Shown in pieces: positions 47,767-58,329 of a DNA stretch of 64,000 bases (position 1 is the first letter of the stretch; every line of letters starts with the position of its first letter). The position numbers were made by a program, and so were the translations under genes. The DNA comes from Escherichia coli (GTDB taxonomy: Bacteria > Pseudomonadota > Gammaproteobacteria > Enterobacterales > Enterobacteriaceae): the NCBI RefSeq assembly GCF_048403405.1, contig NZ_CP183129.1, one strand, 5' to 3'. The notes beneath the pieces were generated by a model. That model had not been told where the DNA came from. It saw only the letters and a list, made by a program, of their open reading frames with translations, and ran no database searches.

Positions 47767-48756
47767 ATGAAACTCGCCGTTTATAGCACAAAACAGTACG
47801 ACAAGAAGTACCTGCAACAGGTGAACGAGTCCTTTGGCTTTGAGCTGGAATTTTTTGACTTTCTGCTGACGGAAAAAACCGCTAAAACTGCCAATGGCTG
47901 CGAAGCGGTATGTATTTTCGTAAACGATGACGGCAGCCGCCCGGTGCTGGAAGAGCTGAAAAAGCACGGCGTTAAATATATCGCCCTGCGCTGTGCCGGT
48001 TTCAATAACGTCGACCTTGACGCGGCAAAAGAACTGGGGCTGAAAGTAGTCCGTGTTCCAGCCTATGATCCAGAAGCCGTTGCTGAACACGCCATCGGTA
48101 TGATGATGACGCTGAACCGCCGTATTCATCGCGCGTATCAGCGTACTCGTGACGCCAACTTCTCTCTGGAAGGTCTGACCGGCTTTACTATGTATGGCAA
48201 AACGGCAGGCGTTATCGGTACCGGTAAAATCGGTGTGGCGATGCTGCGCATTCTGAAAGGTTTTGGTATGCGTCTGCTGGCGTTCGATCCGTATCCAAGT
48301 GCGGCGGCACTGGAACTCGGTGTGGAGTATGTCGATCTGCCAACCCTGTTCTCTGAATCAGACGTTATCTCTCTGCACTGCCCGCTGACACCGGAAAACT
48401 ACCATCTGTTGAACGAAGCCGCCTTCGATCAGATGAAAAATGGCGTGATGATCGTCAATACCAGTCGCGGTGCATTGATTGATTCTCAGGCAGCAATTGA
48501 AGCGCTGAAAAATCAGAAAATTGGTTCGTTGGGTATGGACGTGTATGAGAACGAACGCGATCTGTTCTTTGAAGACAAATCCAACGACGTGATCCAGGAT
48601 GACGTATTCCGTCGTCTGTCTGCCTGCCACAATGTGCTGTTTACCGGGCACCAGGCATTCCTGACAGCAGAAGCACTGACCAGTATTTCTCAGACTACGC
48701 TGCAAAACTTAAGCAATCTGGAAAAAGGCGAAACCTGCCCGAACGAACTGGTTTAA
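47767..48756 (+). CDS. ldhA: fermentative D-lactate dehydrogenase
   Basis: 329 aa D-2-hydroxyacid dehydrogenase. Confidence 0.95.
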   Translation: MKLAVYSTKQYDKKYLQQVNESFGFELEFFDFLLTEKTAKTANGCEAVCIFVNDDGSRPVLEELKKHGVKYIALRCAGFNNVDLDAAKELGLKVVRVPAYDPEAVAEHAIGMMMTLNRRIHRAYQRTRDANFSLEGLTGFTMYGKTAGVIGTGKIGVAMLRILKGFGMRLLAFDPYPSAAALELGVEYVDLPTLFSESDVISLHCPLTPENYHLLNEAAFDQMKNGVMIVNTSRGALIDSQAAIEALKNQKIGSLGMDVYENERDLFFEDKSNDVIQDDVFRRLSACHNVLFTGHQAFLTAEALTSISQTTLQNLSNLEKGETCPNELV

Positions 48757-48764
48757 TCTTGCCG

Positions 48765-48785
48765 CTCCCCTGCATTCCAGGGGAG
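48765..48785 (+). terminator. hairpin downstream of ldhA (ctcccctg-cattc-caggggag)
   Basis: 8-bp stem immediately after the stop; weak T-tract. Confidence 0.45.
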
Positions 48786-48866
48786 CTGATTCAGATAATC
48801 CCCAATGACCTTTCATCCTCTATTCTTAAAATAGTCCTGAGTCAGAAACTATAATTGAGAACCACA

Positions 48867-49289
48867 ATGAAGAAAGTAGCCGCGTTTGTTGCGCTAAGCC
48901 TGCTGATGGCGGGATGTGTAAGTAATGACAAAATTGCTGTAACCCCAGAACAGCTACAGCATCATCGCTTTGTGCTGGAAAGCGTAAACGGTAAGCCCGT
49001 GACCAGCGATAAAAATCCGCCAGAAATCAGCTTTGGTGAAAAGATGATGATTTCCGGCAGCATGTGTAACCGCTTTAGCGGTGAAGGCAAACTGTCTAAT
49101 GGTGAACTGACAGCCAAAGGGCTGGCAATGACCCGTATGATGTGCGCTAACCCGCAGCTTAATGAACTCGATAACACCATTAGCGAAATGCTGAAAGAAG
49201 GTGCACAAGTGGATCTGACCGCGAACCAGTTAACGCTGGCGACCGCGAAACAGACATTAACTTATAAGCTGGCGGATTTAATGAATTAA
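48867..49289 (+). CDS. hslJ: heat-inducible lipoprotein HslJ
   Basis: 140 aa from MKKVAAF with lipobox MAGC. Confidence 0.9.
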   Translation: MKKVAAFVALSLLMAGCVSNDKIAVTPEQLQHHRFVLESVNGKPVTSDKNPPEISFGEKMMISGSMCNRFSGEGKLSNGELTAKGLAMTRMMCANPQLNELDNTISEMLKEGAQVDLTANQLTLATAKQTLTYKLADLMN

Positions 49290-49552
49290 TAGCTGCCACA
49301 GCTCCCGGCGGCAAGTGACTGTTCGCTACAGCGTTTGCCGTTGGGTAATGCACACATCCCAATCGCCGTACCATCCAGTTGACGGGCAACAGAAAGCGAA
49401 CCGCCGATCATTGCACAATTTGCTTCTCCACTACTGGACATCGACGCTTTTAAACCTGGCGCTACGTGCGCCGCAGTCGCCTGCTGAACAGGTTCACTAC
49501 TACACGCCGACAACAATAAAGCGGCACCCCCTACCCAAAACGCTGCTCGCAT
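49286..49552 (-). CDS. ydbJ: DUF333-family lipoprotein YdbJ
   Basis: 88 aa with lipobox LSAC. Confidence 0.85.
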   Translation of the reverse strand: MRAAFWVGGAALLLSACSSEPVQQATAAHVAPGLKASMSSSGEANCAMIGGSLSVARQLDGTAIGMCALPNGKRCSEQSLAAGSCGSY

Positions 49553-49825
49553 CTTTTCTTCCTCTGATCTTCAAGCCAAACGACACCGCCATAAATAATA
49601 GGCAGCACAGAGGGCGACGTCGAGAGCTGTCCTGCGCGTTGCCCCGCATTTTTACTTTTTTATGGCTATTTTTTTGCCCTCTGTTTGATCAAAACATTCA
49701 TTACGCTGATGTGGGGGACACAAAAGCGAAAATGCAGAAGAAAGCCATTTGCTAAAATTGAAAGATAACTACTGGGCGCGCAGCAATTTCGTGCGCCCCT
49801 CATTTGCGCAATGTAAGGGTGTCAT

Positions 49826-52800
49826 ATGATTACTATTGACGGTAATGGCGCGGTTGCTTCGGTGGCGTTTCGCACCAGTGAAGTTATCGCCATCTACCCT
49901 ATTACCCCCAGTTCCACGATGGCAGAACAGGCTGATGCCTGGGCCGGAAACGGCTTGAAGAACGTTTGGGGAGACACACCACGCGTGGTTGAAATGCAGT
50001 CGGAAGCGGGTGCTATCGCTACCGTGCATGGCGCTTTGCAGACGGGTGCCCTTTCAACATCGTTTACGTCATCGCAGGGTTTGCTGCTGATGATCCCGAC
50101 GCTGTACAAACTGGCAGGCGAACTGACGCCATTTGTCCTGCATGTAGCGGCACGTACCGTTGCCACACATGCACTCTCTATTTTTGGCGATCATTCCGAC
50201 GTTATGGCGGTGCGCCAGACGGGTTGCGCGATGTTGTGTGCGGCTAACGTCCAGGAAGCGCAAGACTTTGCTCTCATTTCGCACATCGCAACGCTGAAGA
50301 GCCGCGTGCCATTTATTCATTTCTTTGATGGTTTCCGCACGTCCCACGAAATCAATAAAATTGTCCCGCTGGCCGATGACACTATTCTTGATCTCATGCC
50401 GCAGGCCGAAATTGATGCTCATCGCGCCCGGGCGCTCAACCCGGAACATCCGGTGATCCGCGGTACGTCCGCCAATCCTGACACTTATTTCCAGTCTCGC
50501 GAAGCCACCAACCCCTGGTACAACGCGGTCTATGACCATGTTGAGCAGGCGATGAATGATTTCGCTGCCGCGACAGGTCGTCAGTATCAGCCGTTTGAGT
50601 ATTACGGGCATCCGCAAGCTGAACGAGTGATTATCCTGATGGGCTCAGCCATTGGCACCTGTGAAGAAGTGGTTGATGAATTGCTAACCCGTGGCGAAAA
50701 AGTCGGCGTGCTGAAAATTCGCCTGTACCGCCCCTTCTCAGCCAAACACTTGCTACAAGCTCTGCCGGGATCCGTACGCAGCGTGGCGGTACTGGACAGA
50801 ACCAAAGAACCCGGTGCCCAGGCAGAACCGCTCTATCTGGATGTGATGACCGCACTGGCAGAAGCCTTTAATAATGGCGAGCGCGAAACCCTGCCCCGTG
50901 TCATTGGTGGGCGCTATGGTCTTTCATCCAAAGAATTTGGCCCGGACTGTGTACTGGCGGTATTTGCCGAGCTCAACGCGGCTAAACCGAAAGCGCGCTT
51001 TACGGTTGGTATTTACGATGATGTGACCAATCTGTCACTGCCGTTGCCGGAAAACACCCTGCCAAACTCGGCGAAACTGGAAGCCTTGTTTTATGGCCTT
51101 GGTAGTGATGGCAGCGTTTCCGCGACCAAAAACAATATCAAGATTATCGGTAATTCCACGCCGTGGTACGCACAGGGCTATTTTGTTTACGACTCCAAAA
51201 AGGCGGGCGGCCTGACAGTTTCTCACCTTCGCGTGAGCGAACAGCCGATTCGTTCCGCTTATCTCATTTCCCAGGCTGATTTTGTTGGCTGCCACCAGTT
51301 GCAGTTTATCGATAAATATCAGATGGCTGAGCGTTTAAAACCTGGCGGCATTTTCCTGCTCAACACGCCGTACAGCGCAGATGAAGTGTGGTCGCGCTTG
51401 CCGCAAGAAGTTCAGGCCGTGTTAAACCAGAAAAAAGCGCGCTTCTATGTGATTAACGCGGCGAAAATCGCCCGCGAATGTGGCCTGGCGGCCCGTATTA
51501 ATACCGTCATGCAGATGGCTTTTTTCCATCTGACGCAAATTCTGCCTGGCGATAGCGCCCTCGCAGAATTGCAGGGTGCGATTGCCAAAAGTTACAGTAG
51601 CAAAGGTCAGGATCTGGTGGAGCGCAACTGGCAGGCTCTGGCGCTGGCGCGTGAATCCGTAGAAGAAGTTCCGTTGCAGCCGGTTAATCCGCACAGCGCC
51701 AATCGACCGCCTGTGGTTTCCGATGCCGCTCCTGATTTCGTGAAAACCGTTACCGCGGCGATGCTCGCCGGGCTTGGTGATGCCCTCCCCGTTTCGGCGC
51801 TGCCGCCAGACGGCACCTGGCCGATGGGCACCACGCGCTGGGAAAAACGCAATATCGCCGAAGAGATCCCCATCTGGAAAGAGGAACTCTGTACCCAATG
51901 TAACCACTGCGTCGCTGCTTGCCCACACTCAGCTATTCGCGCAAAAGTGGTACCGCCTGAAGCGATGGAAAACGCCCCTGCCAGCCTGCATTCGCTGGAT
52001 GTGAAATCGCGTGATATGCGCGGGCAGAAATATGTCTTGCAGGTGGCTCCGGAAGATTGCACCGGTTGTAACCTGTGCGTCGAAGTTTGCCCGGCGAAAG
52101 ACCGTCAGAATCCAGAGATTAAAGCCATCAATATGATGTCTCGCCTGGAACATGTCGAAGAAGAGAAAATCAATTACGATTTCTTCCTCAACCTCCCAGA
52201 AATCGACCGTAGCAAACTGGAACGTATTGATATTCGTACATCGCAGCTGATTACACCGCTGTTTGAATATTCAGGTGCTTGCTCCGGTTGTGGCGAGACG
52301 CCGTATATTAAATTGCTGACTCAGCTCTATGGTGACCGGATGTTGATCGCTAACGCCACCGGCTGTTCTTCAATTTATGGCGGTAACCTGCCCTCTACAC
52401 CGTATACCACCGATGCCAACGGTCGTGGACCGGCATGGGCGAACTCGCTATTTGAAGATAACGCCGAATTTGGCCTTGGTTTCCGCCTGACGGTCGATCA
52501 ACACCGTGTCCGCGTGCTGCGTCTGCTGGATCAATTTGCCGATAAAATCCCGGCGGAATTACTAACTGCGTTGAAATCAGACGCCAAGCCAGAGGTTCGT
52601 CGTGAACAGGTTGCAGCTTTACGCCAGCAACTCAAAGATGTTGCCGAAGCACATGAACTGCTACGTGACGCAGATGCACTGGTAGAAAAATCAATCTGGC
52701 TGATTGGTGGCGACGGCTGGGCTTACGATATCGGCTTTGGCGGTCTGGATCATGTATTGAGTTTGACGGAAAACGTCAACATTCTGGTGCTGGATACGCA

Positions 52801-53350
52801 ATGCTATTCCAATACCGGTGGTCAGGCGTCAAAAGCGACACCGCTGGGTGCAGTAACTAAGTTTGGCGAGCACGGCAAACGTAAAGCGCGTAAAGATCTT
52901 GGCGTCAGTATGATGATGTACGGCCATGTTTATGTGGCGCAGATTTCTCTCGGCGCGCAGCTGAACCAGACGGTGAAAGCGATTCAGGAAGCGGAAGCGT
53001 ATCCGGGACCATCGCTGATCATCGCTTATAGCCCGTGTGAAGAGCATGGTTACGATCTGGCACTCAGTCACGACCAGATGCGCCAACTCACTGCCACCGG
53101 CTTCTGGCCGCTATATCGCTTCGATCCACGTCGAGCCGATGAAGGCAAACTGCCGCTGGCGCTGGATTCACGCCCGCCGTCAGAAGCACTGGAAGAAACG
53201 TTACTTCACGAGCAGCGTTTCCGTCGTCTGAATTCGCAGCAGCCAGAAGTGGCAGAACAGTTATGGAAAGATGCTGCAGCTGATTTGCAAAAACGCTATG
53301 ACTTCCTGGCACAAATGGCCGGAAAAGCGGAAAAAAGCAACACCGATTAA
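49826..53350 (+). CDS. ydbK: pyruvate:flavodoxin/ferredoxin oxidoreductase
   Basis: 1174 aa; two 4Fe-4S Cys motifs (CTQCNHCVAACP, CTGCNLCVEVCP). Confidence 0.95.
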   Translation: MITIDGNGAVASVAFRTSEVIAIYPITPSSTMAEQADAWAGNGLKNVWGDTPRVVEMQSEAGAIATVHGALQTGALSTSFTSSQGLLLMIPTLYKLAGELTPFVLHVAARTVATHALSIFGDHSDVMAVRQTGCAMLCAANVQEAQDFALISHIATLKSRVPFIHFFDGFRTSHEINKIVPLADDTILDLMPQAEIDAHRARALNPEHPVIRGTSANPDTYFQSREATNPWYNAVYDHVEQAMNDFAAATGRQYQPFEYYGHPQAERVIILMGSAIGTCEEVVDELLTRGEKVGVLKIRLYRPFSAKHLLQALPGSVRSVAVLDRTKEPGAQAEPLYLDVMTALAEAFNNGERETLPRVIGGRYGLSSKEFGPDCVLAVFAELNAAKPKARFTVGIYDDVTNLSLPLPENTLPNSAKLEALFYGLGSDGSVSATKNNIKIIGNSTPWYAQGYFVYDSKKAGGLTVSHLRVSEQPIRSAYLISQADFVGCHQLQFIDKYQMAERLKPGGIFLLNTPYSADEVWSRLPQEVQAVLNQKKARFYVINAAKIARECGLAARINTVMQMAFFHLTQILPGDSALAELQGAIAKSYSSKGQDLVERNWQALALARESVEEVPLQPVNPHSANRPPVVSDAAPDFVKTVTAAMLAGLGDALPVSALPPDGTWPMGTTRWEKRNIAEEIPIWKEELCTQCNHCVAACPHSAIRAKVVPPEAMENAPASLHSLDVKSRDMRGQKYVLQVAPEDCTGCNLCVEVCPAKDRQNPEIKAINMMSRLEHVEEEKINYDFFLNLPEIDRSKLERIDIRTSQLITPLFEYSGACSGCGETPYIKLLTQLYGDRMLIANATGCSSIYGGNLPSTPYTTDANGRGPAWANSLFEDNAEFGLGFRLTVDQHRVRVLRLLDQFADKIPAELLTALKSDAKPEVRREQVAALRQQLKDVAEAHELLRDADALVEKSIWLIGGDGWAYDIGFGGLDHVLSLTENVNILVLDTQCYSNTGGQASKATPLGAVTKFGEHGKRKARKDLGVSMMMYGHVYVAQISLGAQLNQTVKAIQEAEAYPGPSLIIAYSPCEEHGYDLALSHDQMRQLTATGFWPLYRFDPRRADEGKLPLALDSRPPSEALEETLLHEQRFRRLNSQQPEVAEQLWKDAAADLQKRYDFLAQMAGKAEKSNTD

Positions 53351-53378
53351 ATGCACTGGATAAGGATTATCCAATTCT

Positions 53379-53483
53379 AAAAAAAAGCCCGGACGACTGT
53401 TCGGGCTTGTCTCATTATTTGTTGGATAAACAGTAACAAGGGTCCAACAGAAAATAATCTTTGTGACAATAAAGGCATATAAC
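53379..53483 (-). ncRNA. micC: MicC small regulatory RNA (ompC/ompD repressor)
   Basis: minus-strand 5' GTTATATGCCTTTATTGTCACA... and 3' terminator AAGCCCGAACAGTCGTCCGGGCTT plus T-run match MicC as I recall it; divergent from ompN. Confidence 0.75.
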
Positions 53484-53711
53484 CCGCGAAGAATAACGCA
53501 TCACTATTTAAATGTATAATTTTTATTTTGTATATGTCGCCAATAATATATTCACCAAACTTATCATCATTTCCGTAGAATTATTTGATTAAGGTTTTAC
53601 TTAAGGCGTAACAAATGATATTTATCGGCTAACGGAACTTCTCCTTTAGGATGTTTTCACTCCCCAAAATGGGGATGAAAAGGCAAATAAAATAACTAAA
53701 GGATTTATTCA

Positions 53712-54845
53712 ATGAAAAGCAAAGTACTGGCATTTTTAATTCCTACCCTGCTCGCCGCAGGTGCTGCACATGCAGCCGAAGTTTATAATAAAGACGGCAA
53801 CAAATTAGATCTGTATGGCAAAGTTGATGGACTACATTATTTTTCTGATAATTCAGCGAAAGATGGCGACCAGAGCTATGCGCGTCTGGGTTTTAAAGGC
53901 GAAACCCAAATTAACGATCAACTTACTGGCTACGGTCAATGGGAATACAATATTCAGGCAAACAACACTGAATCCTCAAAAAACCAGTCATGGACCCGTC
54001 TGGCATTTGCCGGACTGAAATTTGCAGATTACGGTTCTTTCGATTACGGACGTAATTATGGCGTAATGTACGACATCGAAGGCTGGACCGATATGCTGCC
54101 TGAATTTGGCGGTGACTCTTATACCAATGCAGACAACTTTATGACTGGTCGTGCCAATGGCGTCGCGACTTATCGTAATACTGATTTCTTCGGTCTGGTA
54201 AATGGTCTGAACTTCGCGGTGCAGTATCAAGGTAACAACGAAGGTGCCAGTAATGGTCAGGAAGGCACCAACAACGGACGTGATGTTCGCCATGAAAACG
54301 GTGACGGCTGGGGTCTTTCCACAACATATGATTTAGGCATGGGCTTTAGCGCTGGTGCGGCATACACCTCTTCTGACCGCACCAATGACCAGGTTAACCA
54401 TACTGCGGCGGGTGGTGATAAAGCAGACGCGTGGACTGCTGGGCTAAAATACGATGCTAACAATATTTACCTGGCAACCATGTATTCAGAAACGCGTAAT
54501 ATGACCCCGTTTGGCGACAGCGATTATGCTGTTGCTAACAAAACCCAGAACTTTGAAGTTACTGCACAGTACCAGTTTGATTTTGGTCTGCGTCCGGCAG
54601 TCTCTTTCCTGATGTCTAAAGGCCGTGACCTGCACGCTGCCGGTGGTGCAGACAACCCGGCAGGTGTTGATGATAAAGATCTGGTTAAATACGCCGATGT
54701 TGGCGCGACTTACTATTTCAACAAAAATATGTCCACCTACGTTGACTATAAAATCAACCTGTTGGATGAAGATGACAGCTTCTACGCTGCCAACGGCATC
54801 TCTACCGATGATATTGTCGCTTTAGGTCTGGTTTATCAGTTCTAA
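53712..54845 (+). CDS. ompN: outer membrane porin N
   Basis: 377 aa general porin with signal peptide and C-terminal YQF. Confidence 0.9.
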   Translation: MKSKVLAFLIPTLLAAGAAHAAEVYNKDGNKLDLYGKVDGLHYFSDNSAKDGDQSYARLGFKGETQINDQLTGYGQWEYNIQANNTESSKNQSWTRLAFAGLKFADYGSFDYGRNYGVMYDIEGWTDMLPEFGGDSYTNADNFMTGRANGVATYRNTDFFGLVNGLNFAVQYQGNNEGASNGQEGTNNGRDVRHENGDGWGLSTTYDLGMGFSAGAAYTSSDRTNDQVNHTAAGGDKADAWTAGLKYDANNIYLATMYSETRNMTPFGDSDYAVANKTQNFEVTAQYQFDFGLRPAVSFLMSKGRDLHAAGGADNPAGVDDKDLVKYADVGATYYFNKNMSTYVDYKINLLDEDDSFYAANGISTDDIVALGLVYQF

Positions 54846-54853
54846 ATCCTCCT

Positions 54854-54877
54854 GCCCGCTGTTATGGCGGGCTTTTT
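54854..54877 (+). terminator. rho-independent terminator of ompN
   Basis: GCCCGC-tgttatg-GCGGGC followed by TTTTT. Confidence 0.8.
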
Positions 54878-54904
54878 CTGCTTATTCTTCCTCCTTTGAT
54901 CTAA

Positions 54905-55420
<516 letters not shown>

Positions 55421-55427
55421 CACTAAC

Positions 55428-55452
55428 GCCCGCACATTGCTGCGGGCTTTTT
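55428..55452 (+). terminator. rho-independent terminator of uspF
   Basis: GCCCGCA-cattgc-TGCGGGC followed by TTTTT. Confidence 0.8.
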
Positions 55453-55595
55453 GATTCATTTCGCAAATGTGCTGACATTTTCCCCTCTAATCCGTACCAT
55501 ACACGCCACAGTTTTTATATCAGATTTCTTATGCTGGGCGTTCCGGCATGACGCATACTCTTCTGATGCCATATAACGAATTGAGTCGCTTTTAA

Positions 55596-56531
55596 ATGTC
55601 GCAAAATCAAGAAATTAGTAAGAAAGAACAATACAACCTGAACAAATTACAAAAACGTCTGCGTCGTAACGTGGGCGAAGCCATTGCTGACTTCAATATG
55701 ATTGAAGAAGGCGATCGCATCATGGTTTGCCTCTCCGGGGGTAAAGACAGCTATACCATGCTGGAGATTCTGCGCAATTTGCAGCAAAGCGCGCCAATCA
55801 ATTTTTCGCTGGTGGCTGTCAACCTCGATCAAAAACAACCGGGCTTCCCGGAACACGTTCTGCCCGAGTATCTTGAAAAGCTGGGCGTTGAGTACAAGAT
55901 TGTGGAAGAGAACACTTACGGTATCGTGAAAGAGAAGATTCCGGAGGGCAAAACCACTTGCTCACTGTGTTCTCGTCTTCGTCGCGGTATCCTTTATCGT
56001 ACCGCAACGGAACTGGGAGCGACGAAGATCGCGCTGGGTCACCATCGTGACGATACCCTGCAAACGTTGTTCTTAAATATGTTCTACGGCGGCAAGATGA
56101 AAGGTATGCCTCCGAAACTGATGAGCGATGATGGCAAACATATCGTGATTCGTCCGCTGGCCTACTGCCGCGAGAAAGATATTCAGCGTTTTGCCGATGC
56201 AAAAGCGTTCCCGATTATTCCGTGCAACCTGTGCGGTTCACAGCCTAACCTGCAACGTCAGGTGATTGCTGACATGTTGCGTGACTGGGATAAACGTTAT
56301 CCGGGGCGTATCGAGACGATGTTCAGCGCGATGCAGAATGTGGTGCCGTCGCATCTGTGCGATACCAACCTGTTCGATTTCAAAGGCATTACCCACGGTT
56401 CTGAAGTGGTTAACGGGGGTGATCTGGCGTTTGATCGCGAAGAGCTCCCTCTACAACCGGCGGGTTGGCAGCCTGAAGAAGATGAAAATCAGTTGGATGA
56501 GTTACGACTGAATGTGGTTGAAGTGAAATAA
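55596..56531 (+). CDS. ttcA: tRNA 2-thiocytidine(32) synthetase
   Basis: 311 aa with PP-loop SGGKDS. Confidence 0.9.
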   Translation: MSQNQEISKKEQYNLNKLQKRLRRNVGEAIADFNMIEEGDRIMVCLSGGKDSYTMLEILRNLQQSAPINFSLVAVNLDQKQPGFPEHVLPEYLEKLGVEYKIVEENTYGIVKEKIPEGKTTCSLCSRLRRGILYRTATELGATKIALGHHRDDTLQTLFLNMFYGGKMKGMPPKLMSDDGKHIVIRPLAYCREKDIQRFADAKAFPIIPCNLCGSQPNLQRQVIADMLRDWDKRYPGRIETMFSAMQNVVPSHLCDTNLFDFKGITHGSEVVNGGDLAFDREELPLQPAGWQPEEDENQLDELRLNVVEVK

Positions 56532-56578
56532 CCAGGATAGCGCCCGATGCGCAAGCTTATCGGGCTACTCTTATGGAG

Positions 56579-56611
56579 GCCGGATAAGACGCGGCCAGCG
56601 TCGCATCCGGC
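56579..56611. repeat. REP (repetitive extragenic palindrome) element
   Basis: GCCGGATAAGACGCGGCCAGCGTCGCATCCGGC matches the REP consensus; convergent intergenic site. Confidence 0.6.
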
Positions 56612-56659
56612 AATCCCGAAGAAGATGTTTACTCTTGCACCCTGCAATTCAACATTTCA

Positions 56660-58033
56660 TTATTTTAATAACCGCACCCGGCACGTTTTTCCTTTAATCT
56701 TCCCGCCCTGTAACTGTTTCCATGCTTTATGAGCAACAGCCTGACGCACCGCGACATAGACATGCGCCGGATGCACGGCGATTTTGCCAATATCTGCGCC
56801 ATCAAGCCCGATATCTCCTGTCAGCGCACCTAATACATCACCCGGGCGCATTTTGGCTTTTTTCCCGCCATCGATACATAACGTTGCCATTTCGGCTTCC
56901 AGCGGCACAATGGAACTATTAACTGGTGGCGTTTGCCAGTTAAGTTTTATCTGCAACATGTCAGAAATGATATTGGCCCGCTGTGCTTCTTCCGGGGCAC
57001 AGAAACTGATCGCCAGACCGCTATTTCCTGCACGCGCTGTACGACCGATGCGATGTACATGAACTTCAGGATCCCACGCCAGCTCAAAGTTCACCACCAG
57101 CTCAAGCGATTTAATATCCAGACCTCGCGCAGCAACATCAGTCGCAACCAGTACACGGGCGCTACCGTTAGCAAAACGTACCAGGGTCTGATCGCGATCG
57201 CGTTGCTCCAGATCGCCGTGTAACGACAATGCACTTTGCCCTACTTCATTCAGCGCGTCGCAGACAGCCTGGCAATCTTTTTTGGTATTGCAAAACACCA
57301 CACAAGAGGATGGCTGATGCAAGCTTAATAACCGTTGCAACAGAGGAATTTTGCCTTTACTGGATGTCTCATAAAATTGTTGTTCAATGGGTGGCAAAGC
57401 ATCTGTTGAGTCAATTTCAATCGCTAAAGGATCGCGTTGCACTCGTCCGCTGATTGCGGCGATGGCTTCCGGCCAGGTTGCCGAAAACAGAAGCGTCTGT
57501 CGAGATGCAGGCGCAAAACGGATGACATCATCAATGGCATCGCTAAATCCCATATCCAGCATGCGGTCGGCCTCATCCATCACCAAAGTATTCAGCGCAT
57601 CCAGTGATACCGTGCCTTTTTGCAAGTGATCCAGCAAACGACCCGGCGTTGCCACGATAATATGCGGCGCATGTTGCAACGAATCACGCTGCAAACCGAA
57701 CGGTTGACCACCGCACAACGTCAAAATTTTAGTATTTGGTAGAAAACGCGCCAGCCGACGCAATTCACCTGCCACCTGATCCGCCAGTTCACGCGTAGGA
57801 CACAGCACTAAAGCCTGGGTTTGAAATAGCGACGCATCAATTTGCTGTAACAAGCCGAGGCCAAAAGCCGCCGTTTTGCCGCTGCCGGTTTTCGCCTGCA
57901 CGCGAACATCTTTTCCGGCAAGGATCGCCGGAAGCGCGGCGGCCTGCACCGGCGTCATGGTTAAATAACCCAACTCATCAAGGTTCGTGAGTTGGGCGGG
58001 AGGCAAAACATTCAGGGTAGAAAAAGCGGTCAC
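56660..58033 (-). CDS. dbpA: ATP-dependent DEAD-box RNA helicase DbpA
   Basis: 457 aa; AKTGSGKT and DEAD motifs; GTG start. Confidence 0.95.
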   Translation of the reverse strand: MTAFSTLNVLPPAQLTNLDELGYLTMTPVQAAALPAILAGKDVRVQAKTGSGKTAAFGLGLLQQIDASLFQTQALVLCPTRELADQVAGELRRLARFLPNTKILTLCGGQPFGLQRDSLQHAPHIIVATPGRLLDHLQKGTVSLDALNTLVMDEADRMLDMGFSDAIDDVIRFAPASRQTLLFSATWPEAIAAISGRVQRDPLAIEIDSTDALPPIEQQFYETSSKGKIPLLQRLLSLHQPSSCVVFCNTKKDCQAVCDALNEVGQSALSLHGDLEQRDRDQTLVRFANGSARVLVATDVAARGLDIKSLELVVNFELAWDPEVHVHRIGRTARAGNSGLAISFCAPEEAQRANIISDMLQIKLNWQTPPVNSSIVPLEAEMATLCIDGGKKAKMRPGDVLGALTGDIGLDGADIGKIAVHPAHVYVAVRQAVAHKAWKQLQGGKIKGKTCRVRLLK

Positions 58034-58062
58034 AATCTATTCTCGTGGTCATCGACGCAAAG

Positions 58063-58236
58063 TCAGCAGGCGCGTATCCTCGCAGATCTACGCTCACGAT
58101 GCGACAATTTAATCGGTTCTTCATCGGGTGGTGGGTCAGGCATGGGTTGCGGGCGAGGGATCGGATCGGGCACTGGAACAGGATCGCCAGGAATCGGTTC
58201 AGGGACAGGAATTTGCAAATAAATAAGTGTCGTCAT
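58063..58236 (-). CDS. proline-rich small protein (57 aa), unassigned
   Basis: translated by hand: MTTLIYLQIPVPEPIPGDPVPVPDPIPRPQPMPDPPPDEEPIKLSHRERRSARIRAC; GGAGGG SD 4 nt before ATG; stop 30 nt before the dbpA start. Confidence 0.45.
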   Translation of the reverse strand: MTTLIYLQIPVPEPIPGDPVPVPDPIPRPQPMPDPPPDEEPIKLSHRERRSARIRAC

Positions 58237-58329
58237 ATTTCCCTCCGGTCATTGGGTGGACTCTTAAAGGGTAGACGCTGATAAATAACAGGCAAAATAA
58301 ATATCCTCCGGCATAGCCGGAGGTTTTTC

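Noticed and set aside
57992-58222. 76-aa Gly/Ser-rich plus-strand ORF
   Set aside because: It is the antisense reading of the proline-rich repeat ORF (58063-58236); the low-complexity GSG repeats mirror the PxP codons, and it has no SD.
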